From NCBI GenBank assembly GCA_010015805.1, contig ML978128.1:1178001-1242000 (forward strand): a stretch of 64,000 nucleotides of DNA, in the 5' to 3' direction. The notes below the pieces were generated by a model that ran no database searches, was not told the DNA's origin, and worked only from the letters and a program-made list of their open reading frames with translations. The translations under genes were made by a program, and so were the position numbers. Position 1 is the first letter of the stretch. Each line of letters opens with the position of its first letter. Below, piece by piece: positions 38,801-50,000 of this stretch. Source of the stretch: Rhizodiscina lignyota (taxonomy: Eukaryota).

Positions 38801-40396
38801 CGCCGGCGGTGGGTGCGAATGCTGAAGTTCATACTGTCTGCTGACTATGGAATCCGCCGTTGATGCGATTTCGAGCTGTGTAGGCGCCATGACGGCTCTG
38901 GAGGCATTCCCCCAATAACCAAATCGTGTGGCCGTGGTGCCTTTTGTGGCCCTTTCAATGGCTGTCTACAAAAGTTGCAATGTTCGATGTTCCTGGATAT
39001 GAAACGATATATGAATTTTGGAGCCACTCAGACGACGATGAGAATCAGATAGGGCCGAGATAATTTGCGATTGAAAGCAGTCATATAGAGAGATGACTGG
39101 TCAATTTAGTGTGATTGAGAGGTTCAAAATATAGACATTATCGACATTCCAGAGCTTTCCGCCGTCCAGATACTTTGCGCAGTGCCTCACAATTGCGCTC
39201 AGTGAAAGTGTAGAGCACCGCCTGTCCCTCATCGCGACAACTAGAAGTGGAGTAGATGGTGCTATACTTAAGAAAATGCAAAGGCGCGCGAGAATGGAAC
39301 TGGCACACGACCGCACCTACCTGCAAGCACAATCCTCGGGAACGAATTGGTCAACCCAACATTCTCCGCTCTTAGTGTTGAAAATGTGTACCACGACCAC
39401 GGCGGTACCTACCTGAAGAGCACACGGGGCAGGAGTGGTGCGCATCTCCATTTCCCCTTCTGTAGCTGGTGGCTGCGAGGCAATCTAGTCAGTCCGCGGT
39501 TCAGACGGGATACATCGGCGCAAATCTATTCTCTGGAGCGACACTGGTCGCGTAGGAAGCCTCCCAGTCTGGCACGTCATTGAGGAACACACCAGAGATA
39601 GACTCCAAAAGTACCCCATTCGAGACGGTGCCGAGGAATCCGGGGAAGGAACTGGAGATGGTTGAGATGGGCGCTCCTTTGTGTGGGGAAAGCGTCGTTC
39701 GAGATCGTGGTAGACAATCTGATTGGAAGCGGAGACAGGAACGTGGCTGTCACGGGCGAGTGGCAGATCCCACAGCGACGAGGAAGCGGAGGTGGAGGTG
39801 AATTATCGGCTTGTGCTCTTCTGCTGCTCGGCATGAAACCTATTTCATGTGGACATGTGAAAGTTGTTCGGCGGTGCGGAGACACGTGAATGAGGTTTGA
39901 TGTAGTTGGGTACAGCACCATGCCCCGCTTTTTCATGTTAAGACCTGGAGACGTTACTGCTTACTTCATAGACACCAAGGCACTTCAATATTGAGTACAT
40001 CACAGGGCTAATGTATGCAATTGACTAGTAGGCTCTATCTGGTGGCATGGTACTCTATGGCGGCAACACACAGCGCAGATTGAAGAGGACGGCCAGGACT
40101 TCCATCACCAAGTTCCCACAGCTAGGAATGAACTGGTTTTTGAGAAATCTTCAATTCGATTCATTTTTTGTATGGGAACAGTTCCAGTACTGGTCCCATT
40201 CATAAACGCATGTCTCCACCCATGATAGTGGAAAACAGAATCCAGTGTCAGCAATGCAACCCATGAGACCTTCCACCCAGGGTATAGCCAAATTCATGCC
40301 CAGTAAACTCCTGACCTTTGCAAAGTCGCTCAAGACGGCCATCGAATACAGCTACTTCTTCAATTTGTTGCTGTTCCCCATTGGCAACCAAATAAA

Positions 40397-42658
40397 TCAA
40401 GTCTGCCAACCCTCAAAATACTCTCCCTCCTCCCTAGGATCCCATTCTTCATCGTCACTCGGCTCGCTGTCGAGGAAATCGCCCTCTCGGAACTGCTTCT
40501 CGGCAGGTCGCAGATTGTCAATCGTCACATCCACGACGTCGCACATTCCCTGAACATAGTTCTCCAAGATTGCTCTGGCAGCAGCAGCAAGTGACGATGT
40601 TGGCTTCTGCGCTGGCTCTGGTTCTGGGGAAGAAAGCTCTCCGTACGCACGATGACCACGACGAGGGCGGAGAGTACGCTGACCTTGGCTGTCAGAAGGA
40701 GGTGTAGGTAGTGAGCGCTTCCTCTTTTGCGATTTAGTGACCACGGCATTGGAGTCATCGGACTCTGGGTCAGATTTTGCGTCAACGTCAATGACGTTTT
40801 GTTGCGATATCTCTGCCGTAGTATGAGACCTGCCCTGCTCTGCACCGTCCTCCTTGCCAGCCGCCGTACGCAATCTGTCTAGGTATGCTTGTCCCTTGGC
40901 AACTGAAGTGAAATGCAGGTTGGGCGGGATTTGCGGTCGCAGAAAGATACGGTGCATCCTGTTAACCCACTCTTCACGGAACTGAATTCTTTGCTTCCAG
41001 CCGAGTCCAAGAATTGCTTTCAGTCTCAGAACACGTAGTTCTGGAAGCTCCTCCGCTGCATTTACAATAGACCGGAAGAACGTGACGGCAGCACTGTCAG
41101 TCCATTCCCGGAGATACAACATTTCGATTTCTCGCAAAGTTGATGGCCACGTCGCAATTTCTTCCTCACGCAAGAGGTCGATGTATGTAGGCTTTGAATC
41201 GACGTATGTTCGATGAGAGTTGTAGTTATTCAGGTCGACTTTCAAGACTTCCAGCTTGGGACATGCCGATTTGAGAGCGGTGAGGAAGGAAAGATCTAGA
41301 GCCTTGTTGTGCTCTAGGATCAACTCCTTAAGTTCAGAGCCGTGGGTCGCAAGGAAGGAGGCTAACATGGCGCCGTCGAATAGGCCACAGTCATTGATGT
41401 GGAGAACCTCGAGGGTTTGGGGAAGAAGTGGCAGAAGCACCTCGTTGAGTGACGCACAAGACTCAAACTCGATCTTTTTCAGTTCAGGGAGTGCGGAGAT
41501 GACCTCGGCCAGCAGCTCTTCCTTGCTCTTCTCCTGCGGTCCTTCGGGATCCTTACGCTTCCTTTCTGTATCAGCAAATCCGGCAAGCTTCAGTTCTCTC
41601 AGACTTTGAAAAGATTTTGTCTCGTGTATCGACTTCACCCATGCTAGATCTTGTTCCTTGGTGCACATGCTCTGGTTCCACTGAAAGCTCTTGAGCAAGA
41701 TTTTCGACGCACCCAGGGCGGTGAACAAGCTATCCGGATAATGCCACTTCACCATGCGACGATACTTCCGGCCCATAGGCGTGTCATACTTGTTCGACAG
41801 TCTGATGGTATTCACTTGCGGGACGAGTGGAATCAAACTTCCAATATCGAATCGACCTCGTCGGTGTGCTGAATATGCTAGTTGTTCAACATCGATTTCC
41901 AATCTCTGGATCTTGGCATTATGATTTATCTCTCGACCAAGGATACTTGCGCTTGGCCGACTGTCAAGAGGCGTCGCCAGCAAGTCCGAAAGTGAATGCA
42001 CGGTGTCAATGTACGACGAGAAGTTGGGTGACCTATAGAGGACGGTAAGAGCAGAGTCAAGAAGCTCTTTACATAGCGTAAGAGCTCCAAAGAGCCACTT
42101 CTTTGTGTCGTAGCGTTCAAAGGATGTCGGGTCATTCAGTGGGTATGACGCATATTCGAAGATCTGAACCCAGACGTGGAACGGTAGCGTTTCCCAGAAT
42201 GGTGGTCTGCGAACACTGGGGACGGTAACTTGAGCTTGTAGAGGCAGGGACTTTGGCTGGGGTGCGAGATTCGGCTTTTGCACTGGATACTGCAGCTTGC
42301 GCTGAGGCAGGGCCGCAGCGGTGGCCTTCGATCTCTGAGGAACGATTCGTCGACGTTTCGGAGCTGGCACCTCGCCCTCCGAGACTTCAGGTTCATCAAA
42401 TCCCTCCTCATCTGTGCTATTTTCCTTGTATGATATATGCGCATTGCGTCTACCGGCTTTTCGCGATGGGCGTTGTGATTCCGATGACTCTGCTGGTGCC
42501 GGTGATCTTGCAAGACGGCCGGAGCGCTTCCGGATGACCGGCGACAATGCTTCATGGTCACTAGAATAATCTTCAGAGCTGCCCATGCTGTCCTCGTCAG
42601 AGCTGATTTCGGCGTAGGATTTGCGCTTCGCAGCGCGGCGAGTGTGCCGGGGAGGCAT
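40397..42658 (-). CDS. Nuclear F-box-like / leucine-rich-repeat (RNI-like) protein
   Basis: Basic/acidic N-terminus with NLS-like PKRRR, F-box-like WETLPFHVWVQIFEYA, and repeated LxxLxL units (LRELKL, LEVLHI, LKELIL, LEVLKV, LRVLRL). Confidence 0.8.
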   Translation of the reverse strand: MPPRHTRRAAKRKSYAEISSDEDSMGSSEDYSSDHEALSPVIRKRSGRLARSPAPAESSESQRPSRKAGRRNAHISYKENSTDEEGFDEPEVSEGEVPAPKRRRIVPQRSKATAAALPQRKLQYPVQKPNLAPQPKSLPLQAQVTVPSVRRPPFWETLPFHVWVQIFEYASYPLNDPTSFERYDTKKWLFGALTLCKELLDSALTVLYRSPNFSSYIDTVHSLSDLLATPLDSRPSASILGREINHNAKIQRLEIDVEQLAYSAHRRGRFDIGSLIPLVPQVNTIRLSNKYDTPMGRKYRRMVKWHYPDSLFTALGASKILLKSFQWNQSMCTKEQDLAWVKSIHETKSFQSLRELKLAGFADTERKRKDPEGPQEKSKEELLAEVISALPELKKIEFESCASLNEVLLPLLPQTLEVLHINDCGLFDGAMLASFLATHGSELKELILEHNKALDLSFLTALKSACPKLEVLKVDLNNYNSHRTYVDSKPTYIDLLREEEIATWPSTLREIEMLYLREWTDSAAVTFFRSIVNAAEELPELRVLRLKAILGLGWKQRIQFREEWVNRMHRIFLRPQIPPNLHFTSVAKGQAYLDRLRTAAGKEDGAEQGRSHTTAEISQQNVIDVDAKSDPESDDSNAVVTKSQKRKRSLPTPPSDSQGQRTLRPRRGHRAYGELSSPEPEPAQKPTSSLAAAARAILENYVQGMCDVVDVTIDNLRPAEKQFREGDFLDSEPSDDEEWDPREEGEYFEGWQT

Positions 42659-43465
42659 GTTTCGAATGGTATATAGAACTTCTGCGGACTGAAAAAGACG
42701 TCGCTCGAGAGCGGTTGAAATGGGTGTGAGTATGTCGGACACCTGCCTCCTCCCTCTCCACTCCAACTGAAAGAAGGTGACGGTTGCCTGTATGGGTGGT
42801 GAGTGTCGATGCGCACGTCTGGGGTGGTGGAGTGTATGACGAAGATCGATAAAGCGCAGCGATTGGCGATCAGGCTTGGCGGCGTTGCCCTGGCTAGGAT
42901 GCAGCTGTGCTAACACCAAAATGGAAAGTCACGTGCGTGGCTTGTTTTGTGCACGCGCCAAGGAAATCCCAGCCTGCCATTTCGTTCGCTCCCTATTGAC
43001 AAACTGTACATTAAGACCTCTCCAGACGCACTACACCACTTCTCAAATCTCTGACCCCTTTCGAACTTCATTTGTCTCTCTTTTCTGATCCTCTACATCA
43101 CCAAATCAAACATCCTCACGTCAAACACCCCTGCTTTCTGTCGCGTTTTTTTTAACAAGAGCGTCGGACACTGACTTCTTCACTCAATCGCGCTCTGAGG
43201 AGCCCACCTGGGAGCGGGAGTCTTGGTTGTGGTGTGGGCATGAGATCCGTCGAACGTCCGCGCTGCCACTAAGAACCACCTGGCCACTCTTCACGCAAGA
43301 GCACCACAATTTCTGAATCAGACAATTAAAAGTGCACGAGATTAGGGTCAGACCTGTTCTTAGGCCGAGCATGTGTGGAGACACTCACTGCGAAAGTGTG
43401 ATTTTAGGTGTCTCCGCATTCACCGGAGCGCGTCACATCTCGGACTCTAAATCTGACGAAGGAGC

Positions 43466-45834
43466 ATGGTAAATGCAACAGAGAACCGTAAAGCAGTGGG
43501 TAACGTATTGCTCGCACTCGATATCGACAGATTCCGGCAGCCAACATTCTTGCGCCGAAACCTTGCTCAGGCGCTGGAATATCATGAAAGTGAGCGCCGA
43601 GGCGAATTCAGCAGAGTGCAGGAGGAGATGGCAGCAAATGCGCAGTCTGCTGACTGCTGGAAACCCCCCAGCAAGAAGGTGCTCCAAAAATTGTGGCAGA
43701 AAAAGCGGCCGGTCCTTCGCATTGACGTGAAGGCGCTGAGGCCAACCAAGAGAGGCGCTGCCGAAGATGTCGGTCAGGCGCGTAAGAGGAGCAAAGTCGA
43801 GATTGATTGCACGGTAGAAGTCCTCATCTGGCCACAAGATAGGACCAATGGCTCGTCATGTAGAGTCAACAAACCAGCTACACTCCAGGCGCGCCATTCG
43901 ACTGAGTCGACAAGCCCAGAATTCGAAATTTACATGGATGAGCCAATAGAGATCGACTCATCCCAGCTTGGAACCCCAATAGGTTCTGACATGAACTGGA
44001 AACGCTCGTTGGGGACCAGATACGATCTACACGTCTGGATCAACTTCCAAAGCCCGAAAGACGTGTCGACTGTATTGCAACTTCTTGGCAAACAGCAAAC
44101 AACCGGTAGTTTTTTGAAGAAAACAAGGCTGTTAGTGAAGTGGACACACCTCCCGGAATGCCCTTCCAATAATCAACTTCTGCCAGTTTCAATTTCAAAA
44201 GGAGAAGACAGAGAAAAACTGAGCTATGGCATGCAAGTTCACATGGCCTGGAAAGGACGTAAAGATTCTATTCTCAAAACACATAATCTGGCATTGCGCG
44301 CCAGAGAAGGAGGCCCTACTTCCCGCAGCCTCCCGATGAACACAAGAATTACAACAAACGGGCATGATGAGACGCATGAACAGATCGCAGTAAACGGTGA
44401 AGGTGGCAAGGCGCTCGCTGCAAAAGCCACACTTGGATTCTTTTTCCCTACCCATAAAGCATGCGTGGCACTTCATGGATTTGTTTGTCCCTTCTGCGTA
44501 CGCAAGAAGTTTACCTCATGCGAGCTACTACATCTACATCTGAATACCTTGCACGAGCAGTACAACTTCAAATCCTTGAAGGGTGACAAGGAGGGTTATG
44601 CAGAGATGAAACTGGACTACGTCTTTGAGGCTGCACTGTCAAAAAGCTTCACAGAAGACAGGCCGTTATATACTTATAATCGCGCTGATTATGCCATCAA
44701 ATGGATCGCACCGCAGCGACCGTTCGACATTCAAAAATGGCTAGCAGGAGAAGATGACTGGATCAAGGGAGCTTCAGTTGCGGATTTGCAGAACGCCCAA
44801 TCTCGATCTACAAGGACGGCCATTCTTCCATCTAGCATGCAAGTGAAACCATCCGGCGAAGTCTTGGATCTACCGACAAGAGTCAAGAAGACCTGTATGG
44901 TACCACAAGTTCCACCAAGCGTCAAACTGTTTCGCTTGTCTTCAAAGCGACCTCTCGAGGAAGGCGAAGAACTCAGTGAGAGTGATGACGACATCGAATT
45001 TGGCTGGATCAATGCGAAACGAAACCTGGCACGGCAGAATACAGGCTTATCTGAGACTGCAAAGCAGTTTGCTCAGATGATGGACGACTACCTGGAAGAC
45101 ACGGAGAGTGTGTCTGGAGATGTTTATATGGGAGATACTTTGATACGTTTCGTTCGAACCAAGGGCTCGGCATTACAGATACAAGGGCTTCGAAAAGAGT
45201 TCGAGATCAAGTTGAGGGAGTTGGTTGCGCGACGAGTTGTTGGTGAAGAGATCTTGCGGCAGTGCATTAGTTTCCTCGACAATGAGTTGCACGGCCCCGC
45301 AAATCACAATGCAAATATCAATGGCGTCGAGCCTTCCACGCCCACCCGCTCCAGAAACTCGGGCCGACGCGAAGCGCTGGCTAATGGAGAAGAGGATGGG
45401 GGATTGAGCTCAGCGGAAAGAACTCCAAGGCGATCAAAGAGGACGCCAAAAGTATCCAGTCGAGCTGGCAGGTCACAGAGAGTGGACGATGATGTAGGAA
45501 AAGAACCAGGCATGGGTGATGGTACACAAAGTGGAAAGGGCCAGACGGAGCGTAACGCAACTGCGTCTCAAATGAGACCTGCAGTAGCGGCAGGAGAAGT
45601 GCCTCCAGTTAGTCTGGCGTGCGTGTGCGGCAAAGAGGTTCTCACCATGCGGGGAGCTTTGCAGTGCTCCAACCCTGTAAGTTTCTTTATCCCTTGCGAT
45701 TCGTTCCCCGATGTCGAACTATTACTTACGCGGTACAGGGCTGTCTACAACCGGACTACCACATGGAGTGTGTGGGTGTATTCTCACATTCTACGACATG
45801 GATATGTCCCCGATGCGTAGTGGAGTCCACCTAG
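43466..45834 (+). CDS. suz12: Polycomb PRC2 subunit SUZ12-like protein with C-terminal PHD finger; intron 45677-45739
   Basis: N-terminal PTFLRRNL motif, C2H2 finger CPFC...HLNTLH, VEFS-like SESDDDIEFGW...KQFAQMMDDYL, and a spliced C-terminal CVC...C..PGC...YHMEC...WICPRC. Confidence 0.72.
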
Positions 45835-47033
45835 ATGGGGGTTGAGTTGAGGAGGTAAATATTTCTAGCAGATGGGCCAGTTCAAGCGAGCAATCAAGAA
45901 ATGTATACTATTAGGCATTGAAAAATCAAGTATTATTAGACCATTCAAAAAACCAATACACTTGCTCTTCCTACTTCCGTTCTTCAGGAGCTGATACAGT
46001 CACCTGTTGGCGCGCTTGAAATTGGATCTTGTTGTCTGGCCTTGCTCTTTTCCCTTTTGCCAAACAAAGGTCTTAGATAACGCTCTACAATCACTTTCCG
46101 GATGACTTTACGCCAGAGCGCCGATTCGATATTTCTCCTCCAGCACTCTAAACAGAAACCCGAACTCAGTGAAACGGGCATCATCCAGAAAGCGCAATAT
46201 GTGTAATGAATCTTCAAACCTCAGAGACCGTTTCGTCTCGGGCCCATTCTTAGTCTTATGTCTATCTCATAGAGTTGGCGCAAATCCTCAATCGAAAAAC
46301 ACAAAGTCAAGGGAACCTCTACAATCATACACGGCATCGCTGAAACAAAGGTTGTCGACGACGGTCAAGTTCGAGCCGCCACAGGCAAAGGGAACAAAGG
46401 TTGTACTTATGCACAGACGGACGGTTGGGAATTCGACTTCAAGACTGAGGGTAGGGGGAAGCGTGGCATATGATGTGGATGGCAAGGAGAATGCCTCAGT
46501 TGTATGCTTGACTAAGACTACGGAATAAAGCCTGAGAAGGCCCAACGATCGCAGGCGCAATGGATGGCGGGGTCACTCGGAGATTCTACTGCGAGAGTAA
46601 AGAATACCTGAAGTTCAAGAGACGATCACTTATGTTATCTTTACTGTAGAGACAAGGCAGAGTTTACCTCTTGTGAGAGTCGCACCAGGTACAAAAGTGA
46701 ATGCGAGAAATCAAAGGGAAACGCTGCATGCAGGCCTCTCTCCCATATCCCAACGAAGGGTGATGCCGTAGCAAAACAATCAAAAATGCCAGAGCCAGCA
46801 TCATGTGAAAACAACCGCACTATCCCGCAAACGACAGGACAGGAAAAGTTGCATCCCGTCGTGAATAAAGAGAAATCGCCACTTTTCATAAGCATAAGGA
46901 AACCATTATACATGGCGACAGTGCATGCCGATGTTCCGTTATGTCGTTCATCCCTTTTCTTCTATCGTTCTTGTTTTACAAGGGTATCTTCGTGTTCGTA
47001 ACGTGGGCTGTTGCTGATTGCCACGCTCTGTTT

Positions 47034-50000
47034 TCATGCAGCGCTGGTGATGAGCTCCTTCGGGCCGCCATTGGCCTTGTGAAGCAATTCATATGGAGGA
47101 CGCTTGACGATGCCACCGGTAACTGGCAGCTGTGTGCCCGTACCGGTAAGGTATGAATCGACATCGCGAGCGGCTTGTCGTCCTTCGTTGATACCCCTGT
47201 GAAAGCGGTTAGCGCATTGTGGGCGGCAGCGGCCTTGGCATTAGAAACTTACCAAACAATGAGTGACTGTCCACGACGGCAATCTCCAGCAGCGAAAACT
47301 CCAGGAACGTTGGTGCTGTATTGTCCAGGAGGAGTCTTGATATTCTTGCGGGGATCCTTTTCGATCGCATCTCCCAGCACACGGTCCTCTGGTCCCAAGA
47401 AACCCATGGAAAGAAGGACCAGGTCGGCCGGGAAGAACTGCTCGGAACCTTCAAGCTGCTTCATATCCCAACCACCAGTCGCGCTCTTGGTCCACTCCAC
47501 GCGGATGGTGTTGATGCCCTTGACATTTCCATTACCATCATCGACGAAGTCCTTCGACATTACACAATATTCGCGCGGATCCTTGCCCATATGGGTCTTA
47601 ACCTCCGTATGACCGTAGTCAACACGGTAGATACGAGGCCACTGTGGCCATGGGTTGTCGCGAGCACGCTCTGGAGGCGGCTGGGGAAGAAGCTCGAAGT
47701 TGGTCACTGATTTGGCTCCATGGCGAACAGAGGTACCGATGCAATCGTTACCAGTATCACCGCCTCCGATAACGACGACATGCTTGTCCTTCGCGCTGAT
47801 GTACTCACCATCAGAGAGGCCAGAATCAAGCAGAGATTTAGTGTTCTTGTGCAAGAATTGCATGGCAAAATGGATACCCTCAAGGTTGCGGTTTGGAATT
47901 GGCAAGTCGCGCGCAACAGTGGCTCCAGTAGCGATGACGACGGCGTCATTTTCGGAACGCAGGCTATCCAGTGTGACATCTCCTTCGCCGATGAAGCAGC
48001 GCGGGACGAATTTGATGCCCTCAGCAGCCATAAAGTCGACACGGCGCTGAACGACATTCTTGTCGAGTTTCATGTTCGGAATGCCGTACATCAAGAGACC
48101 TCCGAAGCGGTCAGATCGCTCGTACACCGTGACAATATGGCCTGCCTTGTTCAGCTGGTCTGCTGCTGAAAGGCCAGCAGGACCAGATCCGATGATGGCG
48201 ACGGTCTTGCCACTACGATACTTTGGAGGTGAAGGAACCATCCAGCCCATCTCGAAACCTCGGTCGATAATCGCACACTCCACAGACTTGATACCCACTG
48301 GATCTTCATTGATACCAAGGACACAGGCGCCTTCGCAAGGTGCAGGGCAGACGCGTCCAGTGAACTCTGGGAAGTTGTTTGTCATGAGAAGGCGGTTGAG
48401 CGCATCGCGCCATTGGTTCTGGAAGACCAGCTCATTCCATTTGGGAATGATGTTGCTGATGGGACAGCCTGTGTCTGACTGGCAGAAAGGCACACCACAA
48501 TCCATGCATCGGGCAGTCTGGAATTTCAGCTCGTCTTCGGTGAGACGCGAATTCAGTTCCTGCCAGTCTCGGGTCCTCGTCTGCGGGTTGCGGTACTTTT
48601 CAGCACGACGAGCGTACTTCATGAAGCCTTTGGTCTTGTCCAATACGAGCGCAGAGCGCTTCTTCTCCGCCTTGGCATCACCAACGCTCTCCTCAATGTC
48701 AAGGAGGTCATTCTTCTTCTGCTCCTTGGCGCCAGCCTCCTGTTCCTTCTTGCGGAAGTCTTCGTGCATCTCACGCACAGCATTACCAGGGAGAATCGGA
48801 AGAGGGTAGCTTTGTTTCTTAGCCTCTTCCGCCTTAGCAGCCTCTTCCAAAAGGACGCGCTTGTAGTCGGTTGGAAGGACTTTGACGAAGCGAGGTAGAG
48901 CCCTGTTGAAGTCTAACAGGATACGCGCGGCGAGCTCGGATCCGGTGTAATGATGGTGGTCCTCAATCAGGCCACGCACAAAGGCGATTTCGGTGGGATC
49001 TTCGATAGGGGACAACTCCACCATCTCCTGATTGACTTTGCCCTCGAAATCATGGTGCATATCCAAGACGTAGGCGATACCACCGGACATGCCAGCTGCA
49101 AAGTTGCGGCCAGTGGATCCAAGAATAAGGACGCGGCCACCTGTCATGTACTCGCAGCCATGGTCACCAATTCCCTCAACAACTGCCGTCACACCAGAGT
49201 TACGGACAGCAAAACGTTCAGCAGCAACGCCTCGGAAGAAGCAAGTTCCGCTAGTGGCACCGTAAAGGCAGACGTTTCCAACGAGGATGTTCTCCTCGGC
49301 TTTGAAGACTGCAGCTCGCGGAGGGTAGATAATGAGACGTCCACCTGAGAGTCCTTTGCCGACATAGTCATTGGCGTCACCTTCGAGTTCCAGCGTCACT
49401 CCTGGCGCAACGTAAGCGCCAAAAGACTGGCCGGCAGAGCCGCGAATGTTCGCATGGATGGTATCTTGAGGCAAACCAGCTTCGCCGTAGCGTTTGCTAA
49501 TGTGATAAGACAGTGTGGCTCCAAGGGCACGATCGGTGTTGACGATGTCGCACTCAATCCTAGTTGGCAATCCCTTTTCAAGAGCTAGCTCAGACTCCGA
49601 GATCAGCTTGTTGTCCAGACGGACATGCAGTTTATGGTCCTGCTTGCGAACATTATACGTAGCGACACCAGGGCGAAGAGTGTGTGCGGGAGTGAGTATA
49701 AGAGATAGATCGATGTTCTCGGTCTTCGCGGTTCGCAGGTCGTCACGCACTCGGAGCACTTCCGATCGACCGACCATCTCATTGACAGTTCGGAAGCCAA
49801 GCTTGGCCATGATAGCTCGGAGCTCGTTTGCGATGTAATAGAAGAAGTTGATGACGTGTTCCGGGGTCCCTTTGAACTTCTTGCGCAGCTCTGGATCCTG
49901 CGTCGCTATCCCAACCGGGCAAGTATTTCTGGCAATTTGTTAGCATTTGAACGATGTTATAGATTATTCCGCGCTCACAAATGGCACTTTCGCATCATAA

